From positions 32,001-96,000 of the forward strand of contig JAXMNT010000011.1 in assembly GCA_034670305.1 (NCBI GenBank): a stretch of DNA of 64,000 nucleotides, written 5' to 3'. A program made the translations under genes and the position numbers. Positions within the stretch are counted from its first letter, which is position 1. The number at the start of each line of letters is the position of its first letter. Below the pieces are notes generated by a model that saw only the letters and a program-made list of their open reading frames with translations, had not been told where the DNA came from and did no database searches. The DNA is from Deltaproteobacteria bacterium (GTDB lineage: Bacteria; Myxococcota_A; Polyangia; Polyangiales; Houyiibacteriaceae). Of the stretch, positions 8,101 through 17,568 are shown piece after piece.

Positions 8101-10548
8101 CTAGAGGATCGGCACGGTGCCGGTGAGGGCTTGGGACAAGAAGCGGCGGGTGTCGGTGCGGCCGCCTTCGGTGCGGGTGGCGACGAAGTGTCCGTCGTCT
8201 CCGCTCTGCGGGTCGTAGGAGCGCAGGCCGAAGGTGTAGAAGAGGTCGCCTTGGGTGATGTTGCCGGTGAGGCCGGCGTCCGCTTGGCCGAGGCGCAGTT
8301 CGATCACCCGCGGCGCGACGTGCGGCAGTCCGGCCGCGGCGGCGAACGCGCGCTGGTTGGCTTCGGTCGTGTAGGTGTCGCCGGTGCCGAACGTCATCAT
8401 CACGTGCCGGAGCGTCACGTCTTCGGGCACTTCGCGTGCGAGCAGCCGCGCGTAGTTCACCGGATCGGCGACGTCGAAGTACATCTGGAAGAGCGCGAGC
8501 ATCGGGTGGAAGTCACCGGCCGGCAGGTTGCCGTCTCCGTCGGCGTCGAGCAGCGCGAAGGGCACGAGCGCCTTGATGTTGGTCGGCGAAGTCTTGTTCA
8601 GAAGCGACAGGGTGAGGTCCCCCGAGTTGCCGCTGAAGACAACCGCGGAGAGCCCACTCTCGAACGGGACCATCAGGTCCGCGTGGGTGGCGCCTTGCGA
8701 GTGCGCGTAGAGCGCGATGCGGCTCGGGTCGAACTGGATCGGCGCCGCGGTGGGCGAGTCGCCTGCGGCCAGGGCGAGCTCTTCGGCGAGCCGCACGAGC
8801 GCGAAGAGATCGCCGCTGCCCTGAAGCACGTTGTCGCGCGCGGCAGCCGGGTTGAGCACGTTGAAGAAGAGCTCGTCCGGTGGACCGTCTGAGTGCCGCC
8901 GGCTTCCGTGCTGCGGCATGTCGATGGCCAGGGTCGCGGCGCCAAGCGGGCTGCCGTCCACGTCCATGGTCGCTGCGTCGAGCGCGAGACCCGAACGCGC
9001 GGCGGTGGTGAACGCGCCGCCGGTGCCATGCGCGGCGATGACGAGCGGCCAGCCGGTCGTGGGTGCGTCGCCCTCCGGCAACGTGAGCGCGAAACACACG
9101 TCTTCGGTGCGCTGGATCGTCGGCACGCCGCCCGCCCATTCGATCGCGCCACCGTCCTCGGGCGTCGCGTAGGGGGCTTCGCCTGCTTGGAAGATCGGCA
9201 GGCTCACCCGGCCGTGGATCTCGACCACGCCGGGGGTCGCCGCGTCGGGGCACGCGTGCTGGGGCGTGCCGTCGTCGCACGGGGAGGTGACCCCGGCAGC
9301 GCACACCGTCATGTCGCTGAGGGTCGGCAGCGGGGCGTCGCGCACGGCCTGGCGCATGCCGGCCATGGGCCGGAGCGGTTCGGTGGTGAAGACCGCGGCG
9401 TTCAAGAGATCGTCGGCGCCGAGCATCTCGTCTTCGGCCAGGTACGAACGGAGGGGTGCGTAGGTGGCCCACGCGGCGGCGAGCACCGGGTCGCTCGGTT
9501 CGGTGTCGGCCATGACCGCGTCGAAGTCTTCGTCGCGCGCGAAGCTCGCCGCGTACTCGGGGTTCGGGATCATGTCGCGGGTCAACATCACCGCGTAGGT
9601 GGTGCCGGGGCGGAGCGGCGCGCCGTGCACGGTGCGGACCGCGAACCAGTCCTCACAGATGTACTTGGTGATCTGACCGAAGGTCGTCAGCCACCCGTAG
9701 AGCACGGACTCGCCGCGGTTGGGCGAGTCCGGATCGACATCGACGAAACGGATCGCGCCGGGCGCCGAGTCCCAGTCGTACGCGCCGCTGAATCGGAAGT
9801 ACGCGACCGGGTTCGTGCTGAACCCTCCCATGTCGTTCTCCGCCGCGCGCAGGTAACGGTCGATGAGATCCACGTCGAGCGCGACGTCGGGCGCCGCATG
9901 GTTGCGCAGGTCCACGTGTCCGTCGCGGGTGCGGATGTCGTTCGGGAAGGGCAGCCGGTAGAAGTCGTTGTCGGTGCCGTCGAAGCGGGGGACCTCGAAG
10001 TAGCTCCGCGCCGGTCCGTCGTCTTCGGTGCACGCGATGCCAGGCCAGAAGGGCGCGCTCGGCGGCGGCTCGGAACCGACCTCGCCGGTGACCGATTGGC
10101 AGAGGCCGCCGTTCATGAGTGGGTTGTGCACGCACGAGAGTCCGGCGAGGCAGTCGGCGATGGTGCCGCACTCGTCCATCAGGTCGCCTTCCCCCGACGC
10201 GCCGCAGCGCGCGTAGAAGCCTTCGAGCCGACAGACGAGACCGGCCACGCAGTCCGCGGCGGAGTCGCAGCTCGCGCCGTCGGCGCCGGGGCCTTCCGGG
10301 GCGCAGAGGCGGTCGGCCGCGCAGTAGAGCCCGTCCTGACAGTCGCCGGTCAGCTGACACATGCCGCCTTCGGCGGTCGTGCCCGCGGGCTGGCAGGTGC
10401 CTGTGCAGACGAGCTCGCCGCGGCACTGGCTCGAGACTTCGCAGCCTTCGCCCACGCCGCGAAAGTTCTCACTCGGTGGATCGCCGCGATCGAAGAAGTT
10501 GCATCCCGCACTCACACACAGAGCCGTCACCAACAAGCAAATCCGCAC
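8101..10548 (-). CDS. Large lipoprotein: Cys-rich N-terminal repeats plus lipase-like alpha/beta hydrolase
   Basis: Lipobox VSAGC, many short Cys-spaced repeats, LPFPND, AHGTGG, AIDMPQHG and nucleophile elbow AHSQGA. Confidence 0.8.
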   Translation of the reverse strand: MRICLLVTALCVSAGCNFFDRGDPPSENFRGVGEGCEVSSQCRGELVCTGTCQPAGTTAEGGMCQLTGDCQDGLYCAADRLCAPEGPGADGASCDSAADCVAGLVCRLEGFYARCGASGEGDLMDECGTIADCLAGLSCVHNPLMNGGLCQSVTGEVGSEPPPSAPFWPGIACTEDDGPARSYFEVPRFDGTDNDFYRLPFPNDIRTRDGHVDLRNHAAPDVALDVDLIDRYLRAAENDMGGFSTNPVAYFRFSGAYDWDSAPGAIRFVDVDPDSPNRGESVLYGWLTTFGQITKYICEDWFAVRTVHGAPLRPGTTYAVMLTRDMIPNPEYAASFARDEDFDAVMADTEPSDPVLAAAWATYAPLRSYLAEDEMLGADDLLNAAVFTTEPLRPMAGMRQAVRDAPLPTLSDMTVCAAGVTSPCDDGTPQHACPDAATPGVVEIHGRVSLPIFQAGEAPYATPEDGGAIEWAGGVPTIQRTEDVCFALTLPEGDAPTTGWPLVIAAHGTGGAFTTAARSGLALDAATMDVDGSPLGAATLAIDMPQHGSRRHSDGPPDELFFNVLNPAAARDNVLQGSGDLFALVRLAEELALAAGDSPTAAPIQFDPSRIALYAHSQGATHADLMVPFESGLSAVVFSGNSGDLTLSLLNKTSPTNIKALVPFALLDADGDGNLPAGDFHPMLALFQMYFDVADPVNYARLLAREVPEDVTLRHVMMTFGTGDTYTTEANQRAFAAAAGLPHVAPRVIELRLGQADAGLTGNITQGDLFYTFGLRSYDPQSGDDGHFVATRTEGGRTDTRRFLSQALTGTVPIL

Positions 10549-10625
10549 GCGAGACCTCCCAAGTATGGGTGGAGGGTAGCAGGCGGAAGCGGGTCTTGTC
10601 GGCCCGCCGGGAACTCACCCCACGT

Positions 10626-11645
10626 TCACTCCACGACAGGGTGGTCGGGCCCCTCGCCGAACCAGCACGCGACCTCGGCCGCGTTCATGTAGCGGTCGTA
10701 GAGCGCGACCCGGTCGTAGCGGCCTTCGTATTGCCGGCTCGCATCGAGTTGGGCTTCGTCGCCGAGCACGAAGCGCAGCTCGCGCAGCTCCCAGTTGAGA
10801 TCGCCTGGTTCGCAGGGGTAGTCGAGGGCGACCGGCACGCCGTCCATGTACAGCTCCGGCACCCGCCCGTTGCGGAACGCGAGCACCACCTGCACCGCGT
10901 CGCCCGTCGTGCGGAAGCGGGGGCCGAGCAACTCGACGCTCGGGCCGAGGAAACCTCCGTCCGGCAGTGGCTCGTCGAGGATGCAGTTGGTGCCGTTGTC
11001 TTCGGTCGTGGAGGTCGAGAGCCGGGCGACCAGCTGCTCGTCGCGCAGCCCGAAGGTGAAGGCGCGCCGGCCTTGGTTTGCGCTGAGGGTGACCATGCGC
11101 TCGGGGCCGATCTCTTCTTCAACCACCAGGTCCCGCGGCAGCACCCACGCTTCGACCGTGAATGCGCCGTTGTCCACGAGCTGGCCCCCGAGCGTGTCGC
11201 CTTGCTCGATCGTGCTGGCCGCGTAGCCAGTGACGACCTGCGCGGCGCCCCCCGAAATGGTGAAGCCCATGGCGGAAAGATCGATGTCGGGTGCAAGGGG
11301 GGACGAGTCCGCCACCGTCGCGGGGTCTGGATCGTCAAAGCGGTAGAGCAGGATGGGCGGGCGGCGCATGCCGAGGCAGCTCACCGGTCCAGCATCCGGG
11401 CCCCCGTCCTCGCCGCTGCCGGCATCTTCGGTTCCGGTGTCTTCGGTGCCGGTGTCGGGGCTCGAGGCGTCTTCGCCTGCGTCTTCGCCGCCGTCGGTGC
11501 CCGCATCCTCGCGGTCGACGCAGGCGCCGTTCACGCACGCCATGCCGTCCTCACATTCGGACGCGGTCGTACATGGGGCTGCGTCGTCGGAGCCGCACCC
11601 GGCACAAGCCGCGAGTACGCAGATCGAGAGCAAGCCAAGCCGCAC
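10626..11645 (-). CDS. LamG/concanavalin A-like domain lipoprotein
   Basis: Signal and lipobox LAACAGC; LYRFD, FTVEAWV, LYMDG and YEGRYDRVALYDR motifs. Confidence 0.8.
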   Translation of the reverse strand: MRLGLLSICVLAACAGCGSDDAAPCTTASECEDGMACVNGACVDREDAGTDGGEDAGEDASSPDTGTEDTGTEDAGSGEDGGPDAGPVSCLGMRRPPILLYRFDDPDPATVADSSPLAPDIDLSAMGFTISGGAAQVVTGYAASTIEQGDTLGGQLVDNGAFTVEAWVLPRDLVVEEEIGPERMVTLSANQGRRAFTFGLRDEQLVARLSTSTTEDNGTNCILDEPLPDGGFLGPSVELLGPRFRTTGDAVQVVLAFRNGRVPELYMDGVPVALDYPCEPGDLNWELRELRFVLGDEAQLDASRQYEGRYDRVALYDRYMNAAEVACWFGEGPDHPVVE

Positions 11646-11715
11646 GGGCCAAGCCTACCAGACGGGGATCCTTTGCGCCTGATCGGGGACCAGCGGGCCG
11701 ACCAGCCCGCGAGGC

Positions 11716-12252
11716 TCACTCGGGGCCGGGGGCGCCGGCTTCGATCCACTCTCGGAAGAGGTCGAGCCGGTTCTGAGGCAGCGGGGTGGGGCGGCCGATG
11801 TTCTGGGGCATCGCGTAGCCGAAGGTGAGTTCGCCGTCTTCGACGTTGGGACAGATCGACGGGGGGTAGCTTCCATCCGCCCGCGGCTCGATGCCCGGGA
11901 CCCAGGCCGGGTCCGGTTCGAAGAGCAGCCGACCGTCTTCGGCGTGGGCGTGGGTGAGCTTGATCCAGAGCCAGCTGCGCTCCGGGTCCCCGGGCTCGAC
12001 GCGGTCGAGCAGATCGTACTCGCAGGCGGGCACGTCCACGAGCAGCTCGGTCAACGGCACGCCATCGGCCAGCGCCCGTTCGAAGTTCATCATCGCGTTT
12101 GCCCGGGCGCCGCCGTGGCAGCTGCTGGAGGACGCGCCACAGGTCAGCTGGACGGTCTCTTCGATGTTCGCGTACGTGGGCTCGAAATGCTCGGGTTCCC
12201 CGCCGCATGCACTGAGGCCCAAGGTGAGAAAGACGCAGAAAATCGCTCGCAT
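11716..12252 (-). CDS. Lipoprotein, putative cytochrome c-like (CX6CH, later MP and WIEAGA)
   Basis: LGLSAC lipobox; TCGASSSSCHGG; VEPGDPERSWLWIKL; YAMP; REWIEAGAP. Confidence 0.7.
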   Translation of the reverse strand: MRAIFCVFLTLGLSACGGEPEHFEPTYANIEETVQLTCGASSSSCHGGARANAMMNFERALADGVPLTELLVDVPACEYDLLDRVEPGDPERSWLWIKLTHAHAEDGRLLFEPDPAWVPGIEPRADGSYPPSICPNVEDGELTFGYAMPQNIGRPTPLPQNRLDLFREWIEAGAPGPE

Positions 12253-12374
12253 GGCCGAACATAACCGATCGCGGCGGATTCTCAGTGAGCGGATGATCAG
12301 AGTCGGACAACCCGGCAGGATGATTGGGCTTTCCTCAGACTCTGCTATGTTGCGGGCCGTTCTCGGATTTGACC

Positions 12375-12401
12375 GGAAATAAGCAAAGCCTTCGGGGTGT
12401 T
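12375..12401 (+). promoter_or_regulatory. Putative ECF (SigR/SigH-type) autoregulatory promoter
   Basis: GGAAAT-N18-GTT ending 20 nt upstream of the ECF ATG; resembles GGAAT-N18-GTT. Confidence 0.5.
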
Positions 12402-12420
12402 GCGCCGGTCGTACCTGCCC

Positions 12421-13068
12421 ATGCGACTTTTCCAACGCAAAACCACCACGGACGAGACCCGACGCGCCGAGTTCGAGCGCGAGGCTCTGCCGTACCTCGA
12501 CAACCTGTATGCCACCGGCATGCGCCTGACCCGGTCGCCGAGCGACGCCGAAGACTTGGTCCAGGACACGTTGCTGAAGGCCTTCCGGTTCTACGACCGC
12601 TTCGAAGCGGGCACGAACATGAAGGCGTGGCTGCTCAAGATCCTCACGAACACCTTCATCAACCGCTACCGCCGCAAGGTGCGCGAGCGGAAGGTGTTCG
12701 ACGGGGTGCACGCCAAGCCGGTGGGCGAAGGCGTGATGAGCCGCTCGGCGATGCGGGGGCTCTCGCGCCCCATCGAGGTCGCCGAACAGCGCATTCTCGC
12801 CGCGGAGATCCAGAAGGCGATCGACGCGCTCCCCGAGGACTACCGGATCATGATCCTCCTCGCGGACGTTCAGGAGCTTGCGTACAAGGAGATCGCCGAG
12901 GTCCTCGGCTGTCCCATCGGGACCGTGATGTCCCGCCTGCACCGGGCCCGGAAGGTCCTGCAGCGCAGCCTGCTCAAGCAAGCACTCGAGCTCGGCATCG
13001 TCGAAGACGAGGCGCCGACCGCGCCTCCCGTTTCGCTGGCGGACTACCGCAAGAAGGTGGCGGAATGA
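12421..13068 (+). CDS. ECF sigma factor (SigR/SigH-like)
   Basis: DAEDLVQDT, GTNMKAWL, and region 4 YKEIAEVLGCPIGTVMSRLHRAR. Confidence 0.95.
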   Translation: MRLFQRKTTTDETRRAEFEREALPYLDNLYATGMRLTRSPSDAEDLVQDTLLKAFRFYDRFEAGTNMKAWLLKILTNTFINRYRRKVRERKVFDGVHAKPVGEGVMSRSAMRGLSRPIEVAEQRILAAEIQKAIDALPEDYRIMILLADVQELAYKEIAEVLGCPIGTVMSRLHRARKVLQRSLLKQALELGIVEDEAPTAPPVSLADYRKKVAE

Positions 13069-13865
13069 TCAACTGCGAGCTGTTCGAACGCCACGTTGGC
13101 GCGTTTGTGGACGGAGAGCTCGATCCCCACACCCAGATGGAGTTCGATGGCCATTTGGAGGGGTGCCCCGAGTGCCAGGAACGCATGGCGTTCGAGGGCG
13201 TGTACCGCGAGCAAGTGCGGGAGGCGGGCGATGCCATCGCACCGAGCAGCCTGCACGAGCGAGTTCGGTTGAGCCTGCAAAACGAGCAGCCGCCGGCGCG
13301 CGCGGCGCTCGCGCTGCCGCTGGTGCTGCCGTTTGCGAGCGCTGCCGCCGTGGCGCTGGTCGTTGGCGGGGTCTACGCGAATCAGCCGGTGGATGAGGAG
13401 GCTGCGTTCGAAGACGTGGTGCGGCTCCACAACATCCAGCTCCCGGCCGACATCACGGTGAACGAAGAGACCGGCATGGGCGGAGAGTTCGCGCCGCCGG
13501 TGCAGCAGGTCAGCCACTGGTTCCGCGACAAAGGCGTCGCGTTTCCGGTCCGTCCGGCCGAGTTCGCCCAGCGCGATGTGCGTCTGGTCGGTGCGCGGTT
13601 GTCGAACGTGCGCGAGCGCCGAGCGGCAGCCCTCTACTACGAACTCCAGGATGGGCAGCGGCTCACGGTCGTCGTGACCGACGCCAACGTCCAGGACGAC
13701 GACACCGAGGAGCTCCAGGTCGGCGACCACAGCGTGCTCTTCCGCGACGTCCACGGCCATTCGGTGCCGCTGCGACGCGAGGGCAACCTGAGCTACGCGT
13801 TCACGGGCGATGTCGACCGCGAGACGCTGCTGAGGCTGGCGGCGACCGCGCGCGTCCGTCCCTGA
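13065..13865 (+). CDS. Zinc-binding (zf-HC2) transmembrane anti-sigma factor
   Basis: MINC...FVDGEL...HLEGCPEC (HxxxCxxC), one TM and an extracytoplasmic domain; ATGA overlap with the sigma stop. Confidence 0.9.
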   Translation: MINCELFERHVGAFVDGELDPHTQMEFDGHLEGCPECQERMAFEGVYREQVREAGDAIAPSSLHERVRLSLQNEQPPARAALALPLVLPFASAAAVALVVGGVYANQPVDEEAAFEDVVRLHNIQLPADITVNEETGMGGEFAPPVQQVSHWFRDKGVAFPVRPAEFAQRDVRLVGARLSNVRERRAAALYYELQDGQRLTVVVTDANVQDDDTEELQVGDHSVLFRDVHGHSVPLRREGNLSYAFTGDVDRETLLRLAATARVRP

Positions 13866-13985
13866 CGGCCGGGTCGGCGCAGACGGGTCCCTTGGCGTGC
13901 ATCGAACCGGATGCACTTCCTCCGAGTTTCGGCCTGCACGGCTGGCGAACGAACCGGAATCGCGGCGCTTTTCGGTCGGGATTCG

Positions 13986-14015
13986 TTGACTCGTGCCACG
14001 CGGCTTGGGTACGCT
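13986..14015 (+). promoter_or_regulatory. Putative sigma-70 promoter
   Basis: TTGACT-N18-TACGCT upstream of the AAGGAG RBS and ATG 14056. Confidence 0.45.
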
Positions 14016-14055
14016 CGCGCCTCGCGGGACCCCCTTCCGCGTTCAAGGAGCACTC

Positions 14056-16035
14056 ATGGCGCATCGGATCCTCGTCTTCGAGAGCGATACAGACTTCGCA
14101 TCGGAGCTACGGAGCGGATTCACCAGTTTCGACGTCGAGCTGGACATCGTGGAGGACGGAGCGACGGGCCTGCAAAAAGCCGCCGCCGAGCCGCCCGACC
14201 TCATCCTGCTCTCGATCGAACTGCCGAGCATGAATGGCTTCTTGGTCTGCAAGAAGATCAAGAAGAACGCCGCGCTCAAGAGCGTCCCGCTCGTCATCCT
14301 CTCGAGCGACCCGAACGCGGACGAGATCTTCGAGCAGCACAAGAAGCTCCGGACGCGCGCGGAAGATTACGTGCGCAAGCCGGTCGAGTTCGAGTTGCTT
14401 CTCGCGCGCATCCGCGACCACGTGCCGGTCGCCGAGGGCGGCGGGTCGGATGAAGGCACCCAGGTCCACGCGGCCGCTGTCGACGACGAGATCGACGCAT
14501 TCGCCGACGACGCGTTCGATGCGCTCATGGTCGACGACGTCGAAGAACTCCAGATCGACGAGGTCGCGTTCGACGAAGACGATGCCACGGCCATCGTCAG
14601 CGCGGCAGACCTGGAAGCGGCCGCGCTTCCCCAAGAGACCCAGCCGTCGGAGCGGCCTCCGCCCCCGCCCCCGCCGCCCTCCGAGCCGGCCCCGGTGGTG
14701 GAAGACGTCTCCCCCGAACCGGTGATGGCCGCGGCCGACACGGGCGCTTCGTCGGAAGAGTTGCAGGCCGCCCAGCAGGCGCTCGAAGCGGCCCAGTCCG
14801 AAGTTGCGGAGCTGTCTCGGCAGGTTGCAGACCTCAAGGCCCAGGCGGACCGGGTCGAGCCGCTCGAAGAGCGCGTGCAAGCATTCGAGTCGAAGGTCGG
14901 CTCGCTCGAGTCCGAACTGGCCACCGCCAAGAGCAGCGGCGGCGGCGGCATCTCGAGCCGTGAGTTCCTCGACCTCCGAGAGAAGCTCAACAGCAAAGAC
15001 AAAGAGATCCTCGACCTGCGCGATCAGGTCACGGCGCGCGACAAGCAGCTCTTGGAGCTCCGCGATGGATCGCTGATCATCGAGCGGCAGAAGGCCGACG
15101 TCGAAGACAAGGCACTGAAGCTCGAACGCGACCTCGGCGTGGCGCAAGAGAAGGTGGCCGGGCTGACGTCCGACAAGGAGTCGGGCGCCAAGCGCGAAGA
15201 AGACCTCAAGGCGCGCCTCGGTCGCGCCGAGGAGCGTGGCAAGGAACTCGAAGGCGAGATCGCCGGCGTACGCGCCGCGACGAAGGCCCGCGAGGAAGAG
15301 CTGGAAGCGGAAGCTGCCGCGAAGATTCAAGCCGCCGAAGAAGCGGCCGCTGCGAAGGCTGCCGCCGCCGAAGAGAAGCTCGCCGAAGACACGGCCATGC
15401 TGCGCGCGGAAGCCGCTGCCGCGGTTGAGAAGGCGCAAGAAGATCAGGCCGAAGCGCTCGCGGCGCTCACGCTCGAGAAAGACACGGAGCTGGAGCAGGC
15501 AGCTGCTGCGGCCGCTGCGGCCCTCGCGGCGCTGACCACCGAGAAGGACGAAGCGGTGGCTTCGCTGCGGGCGGAGAGCGCGGCTGCGCTCGAGCAGAAG
15601 GTCGCCGAACTCGAAGCGTCCAAGTCGGAAGCCCTCGAAGCACAGAAGAACGAACTCGAGACCGCCGCCGCGACCGCCTTGGCGGCGCGCGAGACGGAAC
15701 TGGAAGAACTGGCCGCGACTCAGAAGGCGGAACTCGAGGCGGCTCAGAGCCGGGAACTCGCGTTGCTCGGACGCAAGCTGGCCGACACCGAGGGCAAGTT
15801 CGACACCGCATCGACCGAGTTGAAGACCGCCCAAGAGAAGATCGAGGAGCTCACGTTGCGCCTCGGTCAGCTCGAAGCGGCGAAGTCGGATCTCGAGGCG
15901 CGGGTGGCGAGGACCGATGCCAAGATCGCGAGCGACGATGCGTTGCTCGAGCGGGTTCGCAAGGCGATGACCATTGGACTTGGGCTTCTGGAAGATCAGA
16001 AGAACAACCAAGGCCAAGGCGCGGACGCGGAGTAA
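14056..16035 (+). CDS. AglZ/FrzS-like pseudo-receiver plus long coiled-coil protein
   Basis: Receiver fold (RILVFESD...DLILLSIELP...YVRKP) with Ser at the phospho-Asp position, acidic and Pro-rich linker, about 400 aa of coiled coil. Confidence 0.8.
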   Translation: MAHRILVFESDTDFASELRSGFTSFDVELDIVEDGATGLQKAAAEPPDLILLSIELPSMNGFLVCKKIKKNAALKSVPLVILSSDPNADEIFEQHKKLRTRAEDYVRKPVEFELLLARIRDHVPVAEGGGSDEGTQVHAAAVDDEIDAFADDAFDALMVDDVEELQIDEVAFDEDDATAIVSAADLEAAALPQETQPSERPPPPPPPPSEPAPVVEDVSPEPVMAAADTGASSEELQAAQQALEAAQSEVAELSRQVADLKAQADRVEPLEERVQAFESKVGSLESELATAKSSGGGGISSREFLDLREKLNSKDKEILDLRDQVTARDKQLLELRDGSLIIERQKADVEDKALKLERDLGVAQEKVAGLTSDKESGAKREEDLKARLGRAEERGKELEGEIAGVRAATKAREEELEAEAAAKIQAAEEAAAAKAAAAEEKLAEDTAMLRAEAAAAVEKAQEDQAEALAALTLEKDTELEQAAAAAAAALAALTTEKDEAVASLRAESAAALEQKVAELEASKSEALEAQKNELETAAATALAARETELEELAATQKAELEAAQSRELALLGRKLADTEGKFDTASTELKTAQEKIEELTLRLGQLEAAKSDLEARVARTDAKIASDDALLERVRKAMTIGLGLLEDQKNNQGQGADAE

Positions 16036-16041
16036 CGAGCC

Positions 16042-17238
16042 ATGTCGACGTCGACCACGGTCCGCCGCTGGTTCGACGCGATGTGGCGACAGCTGGATCC
16101 AGAAGCGGCCACCCGGCAGGCGGTGGACCGGCTGTTCGAAGCGGGCACTCGGGTGCACCTGTTCGCGCTCGGCAAGGCCGCCCGAGGCATGGTGCGCGGG
16201 GCGCTCGACGCGCACGTCGCGGTGGTTGGGGGCGTCGTGTACGCGCCTGCGGGGCCCGACTTCCCGCCGGGCGGACTGGGGCTCCGGTGGTTCGTCGGAG
16301 AACACCCGTGGCCGGCCGCCGACGCCTCTGCGCAGGGGCGGGTCGCGTTGGACGTGGCCGGCGCGCTCGATGCGCACGACCACGCGTTGGTGCTCGTCTC
16401 CGGCGGAGGTTCGTCGCTCTTCGAAGTGTTGGCGCCGGGGGTCGACCGGGAGCGCTACCGCGCCTGGTTGCAGACCGCGATGCATCGAGGCGCCGACATC
16501 CAGTCGCTCAATCGGGCGCGCGGTGGGCTGTCTCTCGTCAAGGCGGGACGACTGGCGGCGGCGATCCACCCGGCGTCGATCACCACCCTGATCATCGACG
16601 ACGTACCGGGCGGCGCGTCGCACGAAGTCGCCTCCGGACCGACCATGGTGGGTCCCGGCGAGCCGGAAGACGTGGCTGCGACGTTTGAAGGTTTCCCGGA
16701 TCTGCTCCGCCTGTGGCAACCGCCGGCGGCGCTTGGCCAGGTCGTGATGCGGAGCGAGGTGCTGCTCGACAACGACTTCGCGGTCGCGTCGGTCGTCGCG
16801 GCCGCCCACGCGGAAGGCGTGCGCCTCTTGGTGGTGCCGTCCCTCTTCGGCGAAGCCCGGGATGTGGGGGCGCGCTTGGTGCGGGAAGCGCGCGCGGCGT
16901 GTCTGGCGACGGGGGCCGATGGGGTGGTCTGCGGCGGAGAGACGACGGTCACGGTGCGGGGCGACGGCCGGGGCGGGCGGAACCACGAGCTGGTGCTGGG
17001 CGGCGCTGGGTCGCTCTTGCCCGGAGAGTTTCTCGCCAGCGTGGGGACGGACGGGGTGGACGGCGCGAGTGCGGCAGCGGGCGCGTGGGCGCTCGGTCCG
17101 CTGGGAGATGGCGTCGCGGCTCGGGATGCGCTGGAACGGAACGACAGTGGGACGTACTTCGCGGAGCGTGGGGCGCAGTGGGTGACGGGGGCGAGCGGGA
17201 CGAACGTGGCGGACGTGACGGTGTATCTGCGGGGGTAG
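16042..17238 (+). CDS. Glycerate kinase class II (DUF4147/MOFRL)
   Basis: LGKAA, LVSGGGSSL, VASGPT, GGETTVTVRGDGRGGRNHEL, GTDGVDG and GTNVAD motifs. Confidence 0.9.
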   Translation: MSTSTTVRRWFDAMWRQLDPEAATRQAVDRLFEAGTRVHLFALGKAARGMVRGALDAHVAVVGGVVYAPAGPDFPPGGLGLRWFVGEHPWPAADASAQGRVALDVAGALDAHDHALVLVSGGGSSLFEVLAPGVDRERYRAWLQTAMHRGADIQSLNRARGGLSLVKAGRLAAAIHPASITTLIIDDVPGGASHEVASGPTMVGPGEPEDVAATFEGFPDLLRLWQPPAALGQVVMRSEVLLDNDFAVASVVAAAHAEGVRLLVVPSLFGEARDVGARLVREARAACLATGADGVVCGGETTVTVRGDGRGGRNHELVLGGAGSLLPGEFLASVGTDGVDGASAAAGAWALGPLGDGVAARDALERNDSGTYFAERGAQWVTGASGTNVADVTVYLRG

Positions 17239-17258
17239 TGGGCGCCGACTGAGGAAGA

Positions 17259-17563
17259 AGCCGAAGCCGATGCCGAAGCCGAAGCCGATGCCGATGCCGA
17301 TGCCGAAATCCGAAGCCGAATCCGAAGCCGAATCCGAAGCCGAAGCCGAATCCGAAGCCGAATCCGAATCCGAAGCCGAAGCCGAAGCCGAATCCGAATC
17401 CGAAGCCGAAGCCGAAGCCGAAGCCGAAGCCGAATCCGAAGCCGAAGCCGAAGCCGACGCCGAAGCCGAAGCCGAAGCCGAAGCCGACGCCGATGCCGAA
17501 TCCGATGCCGCCTCCGCTACCGCTTCCGCTACCGCTACCGCTTCCGCTACCGCGTCCGCTTCC
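17259..17563 (+). repeat. (GCCGAA/TCCGAA)n array followed by (TCCGCT/ACCGCT)n
   Basis: Fills the gap between convergent stops at 17238 and 17569. Confidence 0.95.
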
Positions 17564-17568
17564 GATTC

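Noticed and set aside
14107-16986. Long antisense or alternate-frame ORFs (also 20952-24101, 35358-37994, 61483-63936)
   Set aside because: High-GC shadow ORFs overlapping well-supported genes
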